A stretch of 64,000 nucleotides of DNA from Candidatus Anstonellales archaeon (GCA_038890745.1 JAWAFD010000001.1:253880-317879), one strand, 5' to 3'; counted from the first letter of the stretch, positions 51,001 to 59,886 are shown. The notes: generated by a model from the letters alone, not told the origin. Numbers and translations: made by a program.

Positions 51001-52125
51001 CGGGTCAACCTGTTCGGGTTGGTTGTAATAATCATTGATGGATTGAGAGTAGAATGTTGCCCTTCCAGCTGCTTCTATGGCTGGTAGTGTCCATGTTAAG
51101 AAGCTGTACTGCCCCATCAAATCCATCTTCAAAAGCGTATCCTCCCCATATTCGTTTATGAAATCCCTCTTTTTTTGCCTGAACCCTCTATCATTTATTA
51201 TCTGCCTTCCTATATCATGCAGAATTTCTAACCCATCCTTTCCTTTTGCTCCAGTCCACATACTCTTGAGCATATCCTCAGCAGTTATCCTACTTCCTGT
51301 AGTTTCATCAGTGTGTGTGTAAAGTCCGTAAGTATATCTCACTGCAAGATTATACGCTGCCCTTCTTTCACCACCCACTCTTTCTATCTTTTTCCAAGCA
51401 CTTTCGTACTCATCTATTTCTTTTGCGCTTGAGAATTCGGATATAAGCATCTGTGTTCCTGCATATGCATCCGCGAGCATTTCCCCCTTATCATAAAAAT
51501 CCCCTTTGCTAAATATCTCTTTAAGCAAATCCGTGTGTGGTTCAAGTGCATGCTTTATTACAAGTGATTTGTTTTTGCCCATCCCTTTACATGCTGTCTC
51601 CCAGTCGCCAACCAGCATAGCCCTTGTCCGTTCATTTATCTCGCTCCTTGCAGCATCTCTGTATTCCGAAGGTACCTCTCCCCATACTGATTGGAATGCT
51701 TTCCAGTTTTCCTGCGTTGGGTCTGCAACAAACCATAAAAATGATTCATACGCTCTAAGAGTTCTTTTCTTTACTTCAGCCCTTGTTGTTGGGTCTGAAA
51801 TTTCATCTAACTTTGATTCATACTCATAGACAGGAACCACCTTTCCTTCTGTTGCCTCTTCTATGAGTTTTGATAGTGTTATTATCCTATCATGTACCTG
51901 CACTACGGTCGTTCCGGGCTTGTAGAGAAGTTTTATGGTTTCATCTATCTCCTTTACTATTTTCTTATAATCTGATTCTTTTATCTCTCCATTTTTGTAC
52001 GCTTCCTCAACTTCTTTCATTAAATCTATCAACCCATCATGAAGTTCTACTCTTATACCTTCTTTATTATCATAAACAACATCCAAAAACTTATTCGTGT
52101 TGAAAGCCACAACCATATCCTTCAC
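48052..52125 (-). CDS. Very large hypothetical protein; helical N-half, beta-barrel-like C-half
   Basis: 1357-aa ORF; GTG start overlaps the upstream stop. Confidence 0.8.
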   Translation of the reverse strand: MKDMVVAFNTNKFLDVVYDNKEGIRVELHDGLIDLMKEVEEAYKNGEIKESDYKKIVKEIDETIKLLYKPGTTVVQVHDRIITLSKLIEEATEGKVVPVYEYESKLDEISDPTTRAEVKKRTLRAYESFLWFVADPTQENWKAFQSVWGEVPSEYRDAARSEINERTRAMLVGDWETACKGMGKNKSLVIKHALEPHTDLLKEIFSKGDFYDKGEMLADAYAGTQMLISEFSSAKEIDEYESAWKKIERVGGERRAAYNLAVRYTYGLYTHTDETTGSRITAEDMLKSMWTGAKGKDGLEILHDIGRQIINDRGFRQKKRDFINEYGEDTLLKMDLMGQYSFLTWTLPAIEAAGRATFYSQSINDYYNQPEQVDPDQFTKEMIEKCGDVAMATGYAGQAGLFARGIPRILGYYNEYNTIMSILETIEVTADGIQSHYAPISSRVMKHYCEVQVPAALDAALGAFLGRAEQYLLKDPSEALGAITPGRERIPWGKRFEMEDPVTKWERMLQMRAGANITPLDIRLPQNFSLFEGETYLYLTPDDVRARVGVDIKSVREIYRDVFSLASLRMLPERNYWAVRPPPGSYFDLIARLARVEWERLLLGTEFTTLRGQSAADGLVEWAGITTGTGRGTASVGLFGPRSMVELIGAAGEAALENPVDERGQVNDAYMAKIVAKDLGSEDWNIDNFNVVYTKSDVTYYTPEGKESEVLNEDVRAMLDLYHRQTNSDTVMFAEKNTINGYYNVYVYHLRPPMKEGEEPVWVRAGVFRLSEEQAVNWFAGYTTTSKDIRMMLTEGKGMTGFILGLQTDLLAKGIGGAVIYDKEGKINLGTVMDIVLESSTTGNLNNGVVYLATFWDTRGNLSKITMERFMGAGAAYEWESEEDTDMGKFIERGWVLGGIGRGTADLVASFGWQKRNVGVDAAWLHRTDEKGRKRGRAGWGGYFENSEFYSFIMSNFLYSLTGTEGAVGAIEFKDETFLGKPRLQVSWFHANRELKHYQFQAARNAFLQKMKEQNDILEEIDEYRKKLQKPIQSVIEYKELEAKLRDAEKRLLIVQKEAERWRNIANRLFLAAAGEQYWTAQFIGGGFGLEAALGASKDYLAMLANTFIEFDRTGASANFGYRTDVRLKTGGGKIIMPLGDALATIQGGAWTSLDGKGNAVFGGIISNPYSEKGAGVVAGRKGEWITSSRMLPGRTDVTTYESGVFGWWGGPLEGMAKGTRQEVYVLMKYENGVFTPYRIDLTGEEWKKWKLEPGWTMMRIDPLTGKQIIYGFAGLFGAGKIKSGEEIRSTEEPFLTELEEHEFGGAFRVELVNRGSKQYGEISAVYQTLKPKGAPESQRYGIVWFGGNLGIVIPID

Positions 52126-53147
52126 CCCGCGAGTTCAGAGCCAGCAGTTATAAGCGTTTTCCTTAGATCTTCTTGCGCAAGCCAATATTCTATTATCTCT
52201 TCCGGGTTTTCGCTTTTCTTCAGCATTTCCAATGCAGCAAGCATCTTTCTTTTAGCTTCCGGGTCTTTTTCCCTCTCTACAATTTCCATAATCTCTTTAG
52301 GTATAACAAACTCTCCTCCAGATACGGGCGATGGTTCCGGTGTAATGGCTGTTTCTTCTTCCATATATCTCTCAATTATATATGCGATTGCTTTTGCCTC
52401 TTTATTCGTGAATTCTTTTTCTCCATTGAGCGCAGCCTCTAAATCTGTTTTCGTTACTTTCCAGTCTTTTTTTTGGTCTTTATTGTACTCACTTAGATAT
52501 GTTCTCGCATCCTCGCTCAACACATACTTTCCTTCATCATCCTTTAAAACAACCCCCATCTCGTACAGTTCTTCGCCGTATTCTTCCTCCCATTCGAACC
52601 TTTCATTCGGGCTGCTCTTTTTTGTTATTCTTTTTACATCTTTGGAAAAGTCCTCAAGGTTTTTTCTAGTAGGGATTTGTTCTTCCTCTTCCGGCATTGT
52701 TACCCTTTCCGGCACTTTTCCTCTTGCCGGCTTTCCCATCACCTCTTCCAGCATTGCAGTGTTTCCAGTGAGCAACGCAAGCGTTCCGCTCCATGTTTCT
52801 ATTCCGAAATACCCATCTACAAGAATTCCCATTCCTGTTTTTTCATTTATCTGTTTCTGCAAGTTTTTTATTGCAGCAGCCGTCTCATCCCCATACTTCC
52901 CGTCCTCGCTTATTTTCTTTCCAGTAATTATTCCCTCATCAATCATCCTATTGTAAAGTACTTGAAAAGCAACAACCTCTTCCCCATACCTAAGCCCACT
53001 CGCACCCCCCAAATAAATCTTTCCTTTATAAGTACGATAGTTACCTCTTGGCTCAAGGTTTATTGCGCTCAGAACACCCTCCATTTCCATAGAATAAAAT
53101 TTTTCTCCAGATATTTTTGCAGCCTTCTGCGCCATATTCGCCACCAT
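52122..53147 (-). CDS. Protein with peptidoglycan-binding-like (PG_binding_1) domain
   Basis: GEEVVAFQ…EDGKYGDETAAAIKNLQK…GILVDGYFGIETW (two DG.[YF]G..T repeats). Confidence 0.75.
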   Translation of the reverse strand: MVANMAQKAAKISGEKFYSMEMEGVLSAINLEPRGNYRTYKGKIYLGGASGLRYGEEVVAFQVLYNRMIDEGIITGKKISEDGKYGDETAAAIKNLQKQINEKTGMGILVDGYFGIETWSGTLALLTGNTAMLEEVMGKPARGKVPERVTMPEEEEQIPTRKNLEDFSKDVKRITKKSSPNERFEWEEEYGEELYEMGVVLKDDEGKYVLSEDARTYLSEYNKDQKKDWKVTKTDLEAALNGEKEFTNKEAKAIAYIIERYMEEETAITPEPSPVSGGEFVIPKEIMEIVEREKDPEAKRKMLAALEMLKKSENPEEIIEYWLAQEDLRKTLITAGSELAG

Positions 53148-53180
53148 ATCTACTTACTCATCAAGTATTTTTAATACTTT

Positions 53181-54305
53181 CTAAAACACCATCCTAATCA
53201 ATGTTGGAAATATCACCGCTCCCATCAGACTCGTTCTCTCCACCCTCATTAAATTCGCCAGCGTTCCAAGAGCAAAACCAGCGAAAACAACAGGCAGGCT
53301 ATCCATTCCATCGACTACGATACAGAGTGCGATCAGATAAATTGCTAGTGCAACAGCAAAAGGTTTCAAATCCATACCCGCAAGTTTTACTATCCATTTT
53401 CGCGAAAAATACAAAACAATCGCAGCAACAGCCATGGAAATAGAAAAATACAGCAACACCCGCTCTATTTCCTCTCCAATGTTTATGGATTTTGATGCGT
53501 ACACAACCGCACCCGTCCTTGCTTTCTCAACAGTTGCCATGGAAACAAAGGAGTGAAAACCATTGCTAACGGCAATGCTCGGCAGAACAGCCAAATATCC
53601 CTGTTCAGACAGTCCTATGGTTGCAAAGGTTGCGACCTGTGCCGGTGAGCTAACCCCGGGAAGAATAACAGCAAATATCCCGAGCAAAAATCCAAAAACC
53701 GAGAGTAAGAAAACAGATTTTGGGTCTGGTGCCTCATCCCTCTGCTCCACCACCCTTCCTCTCTTATAAAAAATTAATACTGGAAGAGCAAACATGCTTG
53801 AAAATAAAGGTAGAAATGGGTCATCCATTCCGAGTTTTAGAGCTTCTTTCCCGAGTATCCCGGCTGCCAAGAAAAGTGTTGTATAGAGAACCGGATTTTT
53901 TGATTTTGCAATAAGCACAGCAACAACAAGAAGAAGGATGTATGGGATGTACGGTTGAACGACTGAGAAAATGGATGGGTAGAGCAGAAGAATAATTCTG
54001 TAAAATATTACGCAAATGAGAAGTGTGAGGAGGGCGGAGGATGCGACTATTCTAAGAGCCTTCATCCCCTCACCCCTCGCAGCCATTCTCTGCCCGGGCA
54101 GAACGCTCAGCACAGTTGTCTCATCAGGAACAGAAAAGAATATTGCCGGAATGAATGAGAATAGTGTTTGGGCGGCAAACATAGCAACAACAAAATACCC
54201 TTCGTTCTCAACCAGCGCGGCAACTGTATTAGAATGGAGCCCAGGAACAAGCCCGCAAACAATTCCAGCAACCATCCCAAAGATCAGGTCCAGCACCCTC
54301 TCCAC
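53181..54305 (-). CDS. TctA-family (DUF112) membrane protein
   Basis: GLVPGLHSNT, FIPAIF.SVPD…LSVLPGQRM…GEG, LPGVS. Confidence 0.85.
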   Translation of the reverse strand: MERVLDLIFGMVAGIVCGLVPGLHSNTVAALVENEGYFVVAMFAAQTLFSFIPAIFFSVPDETTVLSVLPGQRMAARGEGMKALRIVASSALLTLLICVIFYRIILLLYPSIFSVVQPYIPYILLLVVAVLIAKSKNPVLYTTLFLAAGILGKEALKLGMDDPFLPLFSSMFALPVLIFYKRGRVVEQRDEAPDPKSVFLLSVFGFLLGIFAVILPGVSSPAQVATFATIGLSEQGYLAVLPSIAVSNGFHSFVSMATVEKARTGAVVYASKSINIGEEIERVLLYFSISMAVAAIVLYFSRKWIVKLAGMDLKPFAVALAIYLIALCIVVDGMDSLPVVFAGFALGTLANLMRVERTSLMGAVIFPTLIRMVF

Positions 54306-54313
54306 CCAGAAAT

Positions 54314-54347
54314 TACTATCGCCCGATAGTTACTATCGCCCGATAGT
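54314..54347. repeat. Tandem 2x17-bp palindrome (TACTATCGCCCGATAGT)2, left copy
   Basis: Identical to 55446-55479; each unit is the dyad ACTATCG-CC-CGATAGT. Confidence 0.97.
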
Positions 54348-55415
54348 GGACTTAAGGCCATTCCTAACAAGAGGGTCAGCGATGGAGTATTTTCCATCCT
54401 TTTTCTCTATGAATGAATACCTGCCAAGCTGCTCTAGATAGTTACTCAACCGTGCATCAGTTACATTAGGCATGAGCGCCTTTATCTCCTTCCAAGTTTT
54501 TTCTCTTTCACATAGGCTCTTAAGTATCCTAAGATATCTTATTTTATTAGGTCCCTTATTCTTCAAGAAGCTTTCTATTTCGTTTGAGGTTATACTTGTT
54601 GCTTCCTCTGCAACTTTTCTCATGGCTTTTGTGTGCGACATCCTCTTTCTGTAATGACCGTACATGGTCAACCATCCTATTATCCCATCAAGATTTTCTA
54701 CAGCATCTTCAAGCTCGTTCTCGGGAACCTTCATTCTAATTTCTTTAAAACCGAGCGTTAGGAATTCCAATGATTGGGAAGGAGGAAGCCTTTTCATCTC
54801 TATCTCTTCCTTCGCGCGCCCATAGAGCGGGGAGTCTGAAGAATATCCAGAAAATTCTTCAAGCACACCGACTTCAGAACCCGTAATGACCATGGTTATG
54901 TTTTTAGTGTTATCATAGATGAATGAAAAGAGGGCGTTTGTGCCAAACCTTTTCGTTATCTGAACCTCATCAAAAAACAAAACCGCTTTCTTGTTTCTAT
55001 TTCTTAGTTTTTCATCTAATTTTTCGATACTCTCTGCTATGTTTTCATAGGAAGGGAATCTAAATACCGCTCCTACCTCAAACATCCCCACCTTACTTAT
55101 TACCTCTATACCCCTGACAAAACGCGTAATCTTTTTTGTTGCATCCAAGCTCTCCATTAGTCTGTTAAAGCATCCCATGAGAACAGCGTTCCACTCGGAT
55201 GGTCGTGAGGGTGAGATCCCCCTTACATCTATGTATGCTTTTGGTTGTGCTATTTCAGAATACACAACTTTTATGAGTGAGGTTTTCCCTACTCTCCTGA
55301 TCCCCTTAACAACAACAAGCTTCTCTTCCTTTATTGCCCTTTTTAGCGCAAGGTATTCACTTTCGTAGTTGTAAAGGTCTTTTCTGTTTGTTTTTGGGGC
55401 CGTGTCGAACAGCAT
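54333..55415 (-). CDS. Archaeal ATPase (ATPase_2 family) with C-terminal winged HTH
   Basis: MLFD..PK….LY, GIRRVGKTS, FFDEVQ, ITGSEVG, PLYGR, LDGIIGWL, YSIADP. Confidence 0.92.
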   Translation of the reverse strand: MLFDTAPKTNRKDLYNYESEYLALKRAIKEEKLVVVKGIRRVGKTSLIKVVYSEIAQPKAYIDVRGISPSRPSEWNAVLMGCFNRLMESLDATKKITRFVRGIEVISKVGMFEVGAVFRFPSYENIAESIEKLDEKLRNRNKKAVLFFDEVQITKRFGTNALFSFIYDNTKNITMVITGSEVGVLEEFSGYSSDSPLYGRAKEEIEMKRLPPSQSLEFLTLGFKEIRMKVPENELEDAVENLDGIIGWLTMYGHYRKRMSHTKAMRKVAEEATSITSNEIESFLKNKGPNKIRYLRILKSLCEREKTWKEIKALMPNVTDARLSNYLEQLGRYSFIEKKDGKYSIADPLVRNGLKSTIGR

Positions 55416-55445
55416 AGGTTCTGTTATGGGTGCAAAACCTTTTAA

Positions 55446-55479
55446 TACTATCGCCCGATAGTTACTATCGCCCGATAGT
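55446..55479. repeat. Tandem 2x17-bp palindrome (TACTATCGCCCGATAGT)2, right copy
   Basis: Identical to 54314-54347; abuts a TATA-like element of the ATPase gene. Confidence 0.97.
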
Positions 55480-55548
55480 TATATCCGTCGTCTTTAGGAA
55501 GGATAATTTTAAAAATGGATTTTATAATAATCATCCAAGGTGATACTT

Positions 55549-55779
55549 ATGGGCACGAGAAAAAAAAGTGTTGGTGCATGCATGGTTTGCGGGGCGAGGT
55601 TGGGAGGGATAGGAAAAGGAGCAAAAACAGAGCGCAGGCCTGAGAGAAAATTCGGCGGCGCCCTCTGCCACAGGTGCGCTGAAGAGATAATAAAATACTC
55701 GACAAGGGTAAAATCGGGAGCGATTTCCATAGAGGATGTTCCGCTCGAATACAAAAAATATGTAGAGGGAATGAAATGA
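55549..55779 (+). CDS. rpl34e: 50S ribosomal protein L34e (N-terminally short)
   Basis: C..CGARL.G…KTERRPERKFGGALCHRC; usual L34e-cmk-L14e-cbf5 order. Confidence 0.88.
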   Translation: MGTRKKSVGACMVCGARLGGIGKGAKTERRPERKFGGALCHRCAEEIIKYSTRVKSGAISIEDVPLEYKKYVEGMK

Positions 55780-56294
55780 AAAAATATAGCATAATAACCA
55801 TAAGCGGTTTTGCGGGTGCAGGAAAAACAACGCTCGGAAAACTTCTTGCAAAAAAACTAAACTACCGATTTATTGCGCCAACATTCAAGGATATCGCAAA
55901 AAAGGAAGGAATAACTCTTATGGAATTTCAGAGAAGGGCAGAAAAAGACCCGGATATAGATAAGAAATTTGATAACTATATAAAGAAAGAAGCGAAGAGC
56001 GGAAGGTGTGTGATCGCGACATGGCTTGCACCATGGATGGTGAAAAATAGTTTTAAGATTTGGGTTTTTGCACCTTTGGAGATAAGGGCAAAAAGATTGG
56101 CAAAAAGAGATGGAATAAGCATAAAAGAAGCAAAAAGACATATACTAGAGAGGGAGGAGAGCAACCGAAAAAGGTATAAAAAAGTGTATGGAATAGATAT
56201 AATGGATTACAGCATATTTGATGTGTGTTTGAATGCAAAAACATTCAAGCCAAAAGAGATGGTTGGTATCATAATGGAGGCATTGAAGAGGTGA
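55776..56294 (+). CDS. cmk: Cytidylate kinase (archaeal)
   Basis: ITISGFAGAGKTT, DPDIDK, RE.S..KRY…YGID. Confidence 0.92.
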   Translation: MKKYSIITISGFAGAGKTTLGKLLAKKLNYRFIAPTFKDIAKKEGITLMEFQRRAEKDPDIDKKFDNYIKKEAKSGRCVIATWLAPWMVKNSFKIWVFAPLEIRAKRLAKRDGISIKEAKRHILEREESNRKRYKKVYGIDIMDYSIFDVCLNAKTFKPKEMVGIIMEALKR

Positions 56295-56299
56295 GCGGT

Positions 56300-56470
56300 A
56301 TGGCGGCTATAGAAAAAGGAAAGAATGCAATAGTATTAAGAGGGAGAAGGGCCGGGGAGAAGGTTATTATCACGAAGGTTGAGGGGAGCTTTGCATATGT
56401 AAAGCTTGCTGGTGCGAAAGAAGGGAAGGAAAGGAAGATTTCCATAAGACATCTTGAGCCGGTTGCTTAA
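56300..56470 (+). CDS. rpl14e: 50S ribosomal protein L14e (short)
   Basis: GRRAGEKVII…RKISIRHLEP. Confidence 0.85.
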   Translation: MAAIEKGKNAIVLRGRRAGEKVIITKVEGSFAYVKLAGAKEGKERKISIRHLEPVA

Positions 56471-56472
56471 GT

Positions 56473-57321
56473 ATGGAATGTACAATAAACGATGGTTTCA
56501 TAATCCTGGATAAGCCCCCTAAAATGATATGCCATGAGGTTACCTCATGGGTCAAAAAAATAGTTGGTGCTAAAAAAGCAGGTCATGCAGGAACGCTCGA
56601 CCCGGATGTCACCGGCGTTCTTCCGATTGCGTTCGGTCCATCAACAAAGCTTCTTCCTTTTATTTCTGGAAAGAGAAAGGTTTATGTTGGAATTGCCTAT
56701 TTTAAAAAAGAAAAAACAAAAAAAGAGATAGAAAAAATTTTTTCAACATTCATGGGTGAGATAGAGCAGGTTCCTCCTAAGGAGAGTGCGGTTGCAAAAA
56801 GAAAAAGAAAGAGAAGGATATATGCGCTCAAACTTCTTGAGATTAAGGAAAGACGAGCATTGTTTTTGGCGGATGTTGAGGCAGGTACTTACATCCGAGT
56901 TCTTTGCAAGGATATGGGTGGGGAAATGGCAGAGTTGAGAAGGATAAAGGTAGGGGAGATAACCGAGAGTGATGCGGTTAGGATTCAGGATGTAATAGAT
57001 GCGATGTGGGCATGGAGAAACAAAAATGATGATTCGCTGATCAAAAAAATTCTCATCCCTCCTGGTGATATGATGGCCCGGGTCATGAAAAGGATGATCA
57101 TAAAAGAGGGAGCAGCAAAAGCCATTCTCAGCGGAGCCCAGCTCATGGCCCCCGGAATAAAAGAAGTTCCGGATAGGTTCGAAAAGGATGAGAATGTTGC
57201 GCTCTTTTCGGATGGAAAATTTGTTGGGGTTGTGAAAGCGCTTTTCTCATCTGAGGAGATAAAAAATATGAAAAGAGGGCAGGTGGCAAAAACACTGCGG
57301 GTCCATCCATCATCCTTTTAA
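56473..57321 (+). CDS. cbf5: H/ACA pseudouridine synthase Cbf5 with PUA domain
   Basis: LDKP, GHAGTLDPDVTGVLP, AGTYIR.LC, GAQLMAPG. Confidence 0.95.
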   Translation: MECTINDGFIILDKPPKMICHEVTSWVKKIVGAKKAGHAGTLDPDVTGVLPIAFGPSTKLLPFISGKRKVYVGIAYFKKEKTKKEIEKIFSTFMGEIEQVPPKESAVAKRKRKRRIYALKLLEIKERRALFLADVEAGTYIRVLCKDMGGEMAELRRIKVGEITESDAVRIQDVIDAMWAWRNKNDDSLIKKILIPPGDMMARVMKRMIIKEGAAKAILSGAQLMAPGIKEVPDRFEKDENVALFSDGKFVGVVKALFSSEEIKNMKRGQVAKTLRVHPSSF

Positions 57322-57361
57322 ATCTTTTCTGAACAAAAAATAACTTTACTTTCATTCATCT

Positions 57362-57598
57362 GCCGGGATGGCGGAATCCGGTAACGCGTACGCCTGGAGC
57401 AAATTTCCTTATGGAAAGCGTATGCCCGCAAGGGCTCGTGGGTTCAAAACCAAACCCAGGGGGAAGTTTCCCCCTAGGTTCCAGGTCTCCTCCTTAACCC
57501 CCTCATTTTTGCTCGTATAAGATAGGGGGGTGGAAGAGGCAGGGGGTCTTAGAAATGCTTAAGTACCCCCTGGTCTGGTGGATATCCCACTCCCGGCG
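57362..57598 (+). tRNA. tRNA-Ser(GGA) with two introns: about 17 nt in the anticodon loop (57400-57416) and 136 nt at 59/60 (57449-57584)
   Basis: GCCGGGA/TCCCGGC-G acceptor, TACGC/GCGTA anticodon stem, long variable arm GCCC-GCAA-GGGC, GTGGG-TTCAAA|…|T-CCCAC; BHB TTCA/TGGA with CCA/TGG outer helix; usual position before rps13. Confidence 0.9.
57505..57576 (-). repeat. Element A copy (antisense) inside the tRNA-Ser T-loop intron
   Basis: Reverse complement of the 73-bp unit at 60306-60524; about 65/73 identical by manual alignment. Confidence 0.93.
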
Positions 57599-57614
57599 AT
57601 TAAAAAGTGATAAG

Positions 57615-58253
57615 ATGGCAAAGGTTGGAAAAGCACCAAAAAAAGAAGAGAAGCATGAAAGGAAGGAGAAGCCTGCGATGAAAATAGCCGAAGGCATGGA
57701 GAGAGAAGGGTTTAGAGGAATTGTTCGAATTGCGGGAAAGGATTTAAGAGGAGATCTTAAGCTGAAAAGGGCGCTCCTCTACATAAAAGGAATAAGCTAT
57801 TCGCTAAGAAACCCTGTTGCAAAACTCATTTCTTCTGAGTTGGGCATAAGTGAAGACGCGCAAGTCGGTTCTCTTACCGATGAGCAAATCGCTTCAATAG
57901 ATAAGATTCTATTCAATTTAGATTCTACAAAACTTCCGGCGTACCTTCTGAATCAAAGGGCAGATATTTATGAGGGAAACAGCCGGCACGTAATAATGAA
58001 TGATTTGGATTTTATGACTAGAAGGAATATAGAAAACAAGAAAAAAATATGGAGCTGGCAGGGAGAGAGATGGATAAAGGGAAAGAAAGTAAGAGGGCAG
58101 AGAACAAGAAACACCGGAAGAAGAGGACTTGCGGTTGGTGTTATGAAAAAGAAGGAGATGCCCGGAGCTGCTCCAGCAAAGCCAGCAGCCGCAGGAAAGC
58201 CCGAGGCAGCCACGAAGCCAGAAGCGCCGGCTAAAACAGAAGCTAAGAAATAG
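57615..58253 (+). CDS. rps13: 30S ribosomal protein S13 (uS13) with charged terminal extensions
   Basis: GIVRIAGKDL, IKGI, KVRGQRTRNTGR; start moved past the tRNA. Confidence 0.95.
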   Translation: MAKVGKAPKKEEKHERKEKPAMKIAEGMEREGFRGIVRIAGKDLRGDLKLKRALLYIKGISYSLRNPVAKLISSELGISEDAQVGSLTDEQIASIDKILFNLDSTKLPAYLLNQRADIYEGNSRHVIMNDLDFMTRRNIENKKKIWSWQGERWIKGKKVRGQRTRNTGRRGLAVGVMKKKEMPGAAPAKPAAAGKPEAATKPEAPAKTEAKK

Positions 58254-58261
58254 GTGTTTGC

Positions 58262-58822
58262 ATGGGAGACCCAAGAAAACTCAGAAAAAAATACAAGGCC
58301 CCAAAGCGTTTGTGGGATAAGGCAAGAATTTTGGAACAGAGCAAGCTAAAGCGCGAATACGGATTGAAGAACATGCGCGAGCTCTGGATATCTGTTCAGG
58401 AACTCAGAAGGGTGAGGAGAGAAGCGAGAAGGCTTCTTTCCCTGAGCGAAGAGGAAAGGGCGATAGAGTCAAAAAAAGTGCTAAACAAGCTTACGAGGCT
58501 TGGCATTCTTTCTGAGACAGCATCCATAGATGATGTTTTATCCCTTACGGTTCGGGATTTTCTGGAAAGAAGGCTGCAGACATTCGTTTTTAGGAAGGGT
58601 TTTGCGAAAACACCACTCCAAGCAAGGCAGCTTATTACACACGGGTTTATTTCCGTATCCGGCAGAAGAACAACCTCTCCTAATTATCTCATAAGAAAAA
58701 ATGAAGAAAATTCTATTGCTTACTATAAACCAATTAATATTGAACCTCCGGTTAGAGAAGAAAAAGAAGGTGAAAAGCAGGAGGCTCCAAAAGAAAGTGA
58801 AAAAGAAAAGGTGGAATCATGA
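58262..58822 (+). CDS. rps4: 30S ribosomal protein S4 (uS4)
   Basis: [36 protein letters not shown]. Confidence 0.97.
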   Translation: MGDPRKLRKKYKAPKRLWDKARILEQSKLKREYGLKNMRELWISVQELRRVRREARRLLSLSEEERAIESKKVLNKLTRLGILSETASIDDVLSLTVRDFLERRLQTFVFRKGFAKTPLQARQLITHGFISVSGRRTTSPNYLIRKNEENSIAYYKPINIEPPVREEKEGEKQEAPKESEKEKVES

Positions 58823-59208
58823 AGGAAGGAAAAACAGCGATGATTAATGTATTCTCTTCAAAAAACGATACCATAATTACTGCAACTGATATGAGCGGGG
58901 CGGAGACGATCACATGGGCAAGCGGCGGAATGATAGTAAAGGCTCACAGGGAAGAGGGAAGACCTTACGCAGCCATGCAGGCGGCAATAAAGGTCGCCAA
59001 CGCGCTCAAAGAAAAAGGGATATCAAAAGTTGTGATAAAGATACGGGCCCCGGGTGGAAACAAATCAAAAACACCCGGCGCAGGGGCGCAGGCTGTTGTA
59101 AGAATGATCTCGAGAATGGGGTTGAGGATCTTAAGAATAGAAGATGTTACTCCTTTACCTACAGACTCCATGAGGAGAAAAGGCGGGAGGAAAGGAAGGA
59201 GGGTGTAG
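58819..59208 (+). CDS. rps11: 30S ribosomal protein S11 (uS11)
   Basis: [21 protein letters not shown]…[21 protein letters not shown]. Confidence 0.97.
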   Translation: MKEGKTAMINVFSSKNDTIITATDMSGAETITWASGGMIVKAHREEGRPYAAMQAAIKVANALKEKGISKVVIKIRAPGGNKSKTPGAGAQAVVRMISRMGLRILRIEDVTPLPTDSMRRKGGRKGRRV

Positions 59209-59209
59209 C

Positions 59210-59797
59210 ATGAAAGTTGAGATTGTAAAGAATACACCGGAAAGGGTTGAGCTTGTCTTTGAAGACATTCCTTACTATATTGCAAACATCATACGCAGAT
59301 ACTGCATTTCCGGGGTTCCTGTTTATGCCATAGATTCGGTTGTTTTCTACCAGAACAATTCTTCTTTTTTTGATGAGTACATCGCTCATAGAATAGGTAT
59401 GATTCCGATAAGAACACCGAAGGGTTCTCCTGCTGAATCCAATGTTGGGTTTTACTTAGATGCCACAGGTCCAAAAAAGGTTTATTCCCAAGAATTAAAA
59501 AGCACTGATAAAGAAATTGTTGTCGCTGTTGAAAACATCCCGATTGTTAAGCTGGCTGAAGGCCAGAGTATAAGGCTGGAAGGAAAATTGAAAAAAGGTA
59601 TTGGTAGGAATCACATGAAATTCCAATCCGGCATTGCTTCCTATGAGATAGTGGATGATAAAAGAATAAATTTTTTCTGCGAAAGTTTATACCATATGGA
59701 CGCAGGCGATGTTGTGAAAAGGGCGATTGATGAGATAATCCATGATTTGGATTCCCTTGAAAAAGAAATAGAAAAAGCAACAAAAAAGGCAAAATAA
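59210..59797 (+). CDS. rpoD: DNA-directed RNA polymerase subunit D (Rpo3), lacking the Fe-S insert
   Basis: ANIIRR…VPVYAID, NNSSFFDEYIAHRIGMIP, IPIVKL. Confidence 0.95.
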   Translation: MKVEIVKNTPERVELVFEDIPYYIANIIRRYCISGVPVYAIDSVVFYQNNSSFFDEYIAHRIGMIPIRTPKGSPAESNVGFYLDATGPKKVYSQELKSTDKEIVVAVENIPIVKLAEGQSIRLEGKLKKGIGRNHMKFQSGIASYEIVDDKRINFFCESLYHMDAGDVVKRAIDEIIHDLDSLEKEIEKATKKAK

Positions 59798-59807
59798 AAA
59801 ATAGGTG

Positions 59808-59815
59808 TATTTAAA
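59808..59815 (+). promoter_or_regulatory. Putative TATA box for tRNA-Leu
   Basis: TATTTAAA about 30 nt upstream of the tRNA 5' end. Confidence 0.45.
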
Positions 59816-59886
59816 TTTTTTCTCATTCTCTATACTAATGTTTGCAGGGGTAGCCAAGCGGTCAAAGGCGCAGGGTTTAGGAATAA

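Noticed and set aside
57555..57614. N-terminal extensions of S13 (also S2 at 4590-4664 and ORF 18695-18817)
   Set aside because: The extensions overlap tRNA genes; downstream ATGs give normal proteins.
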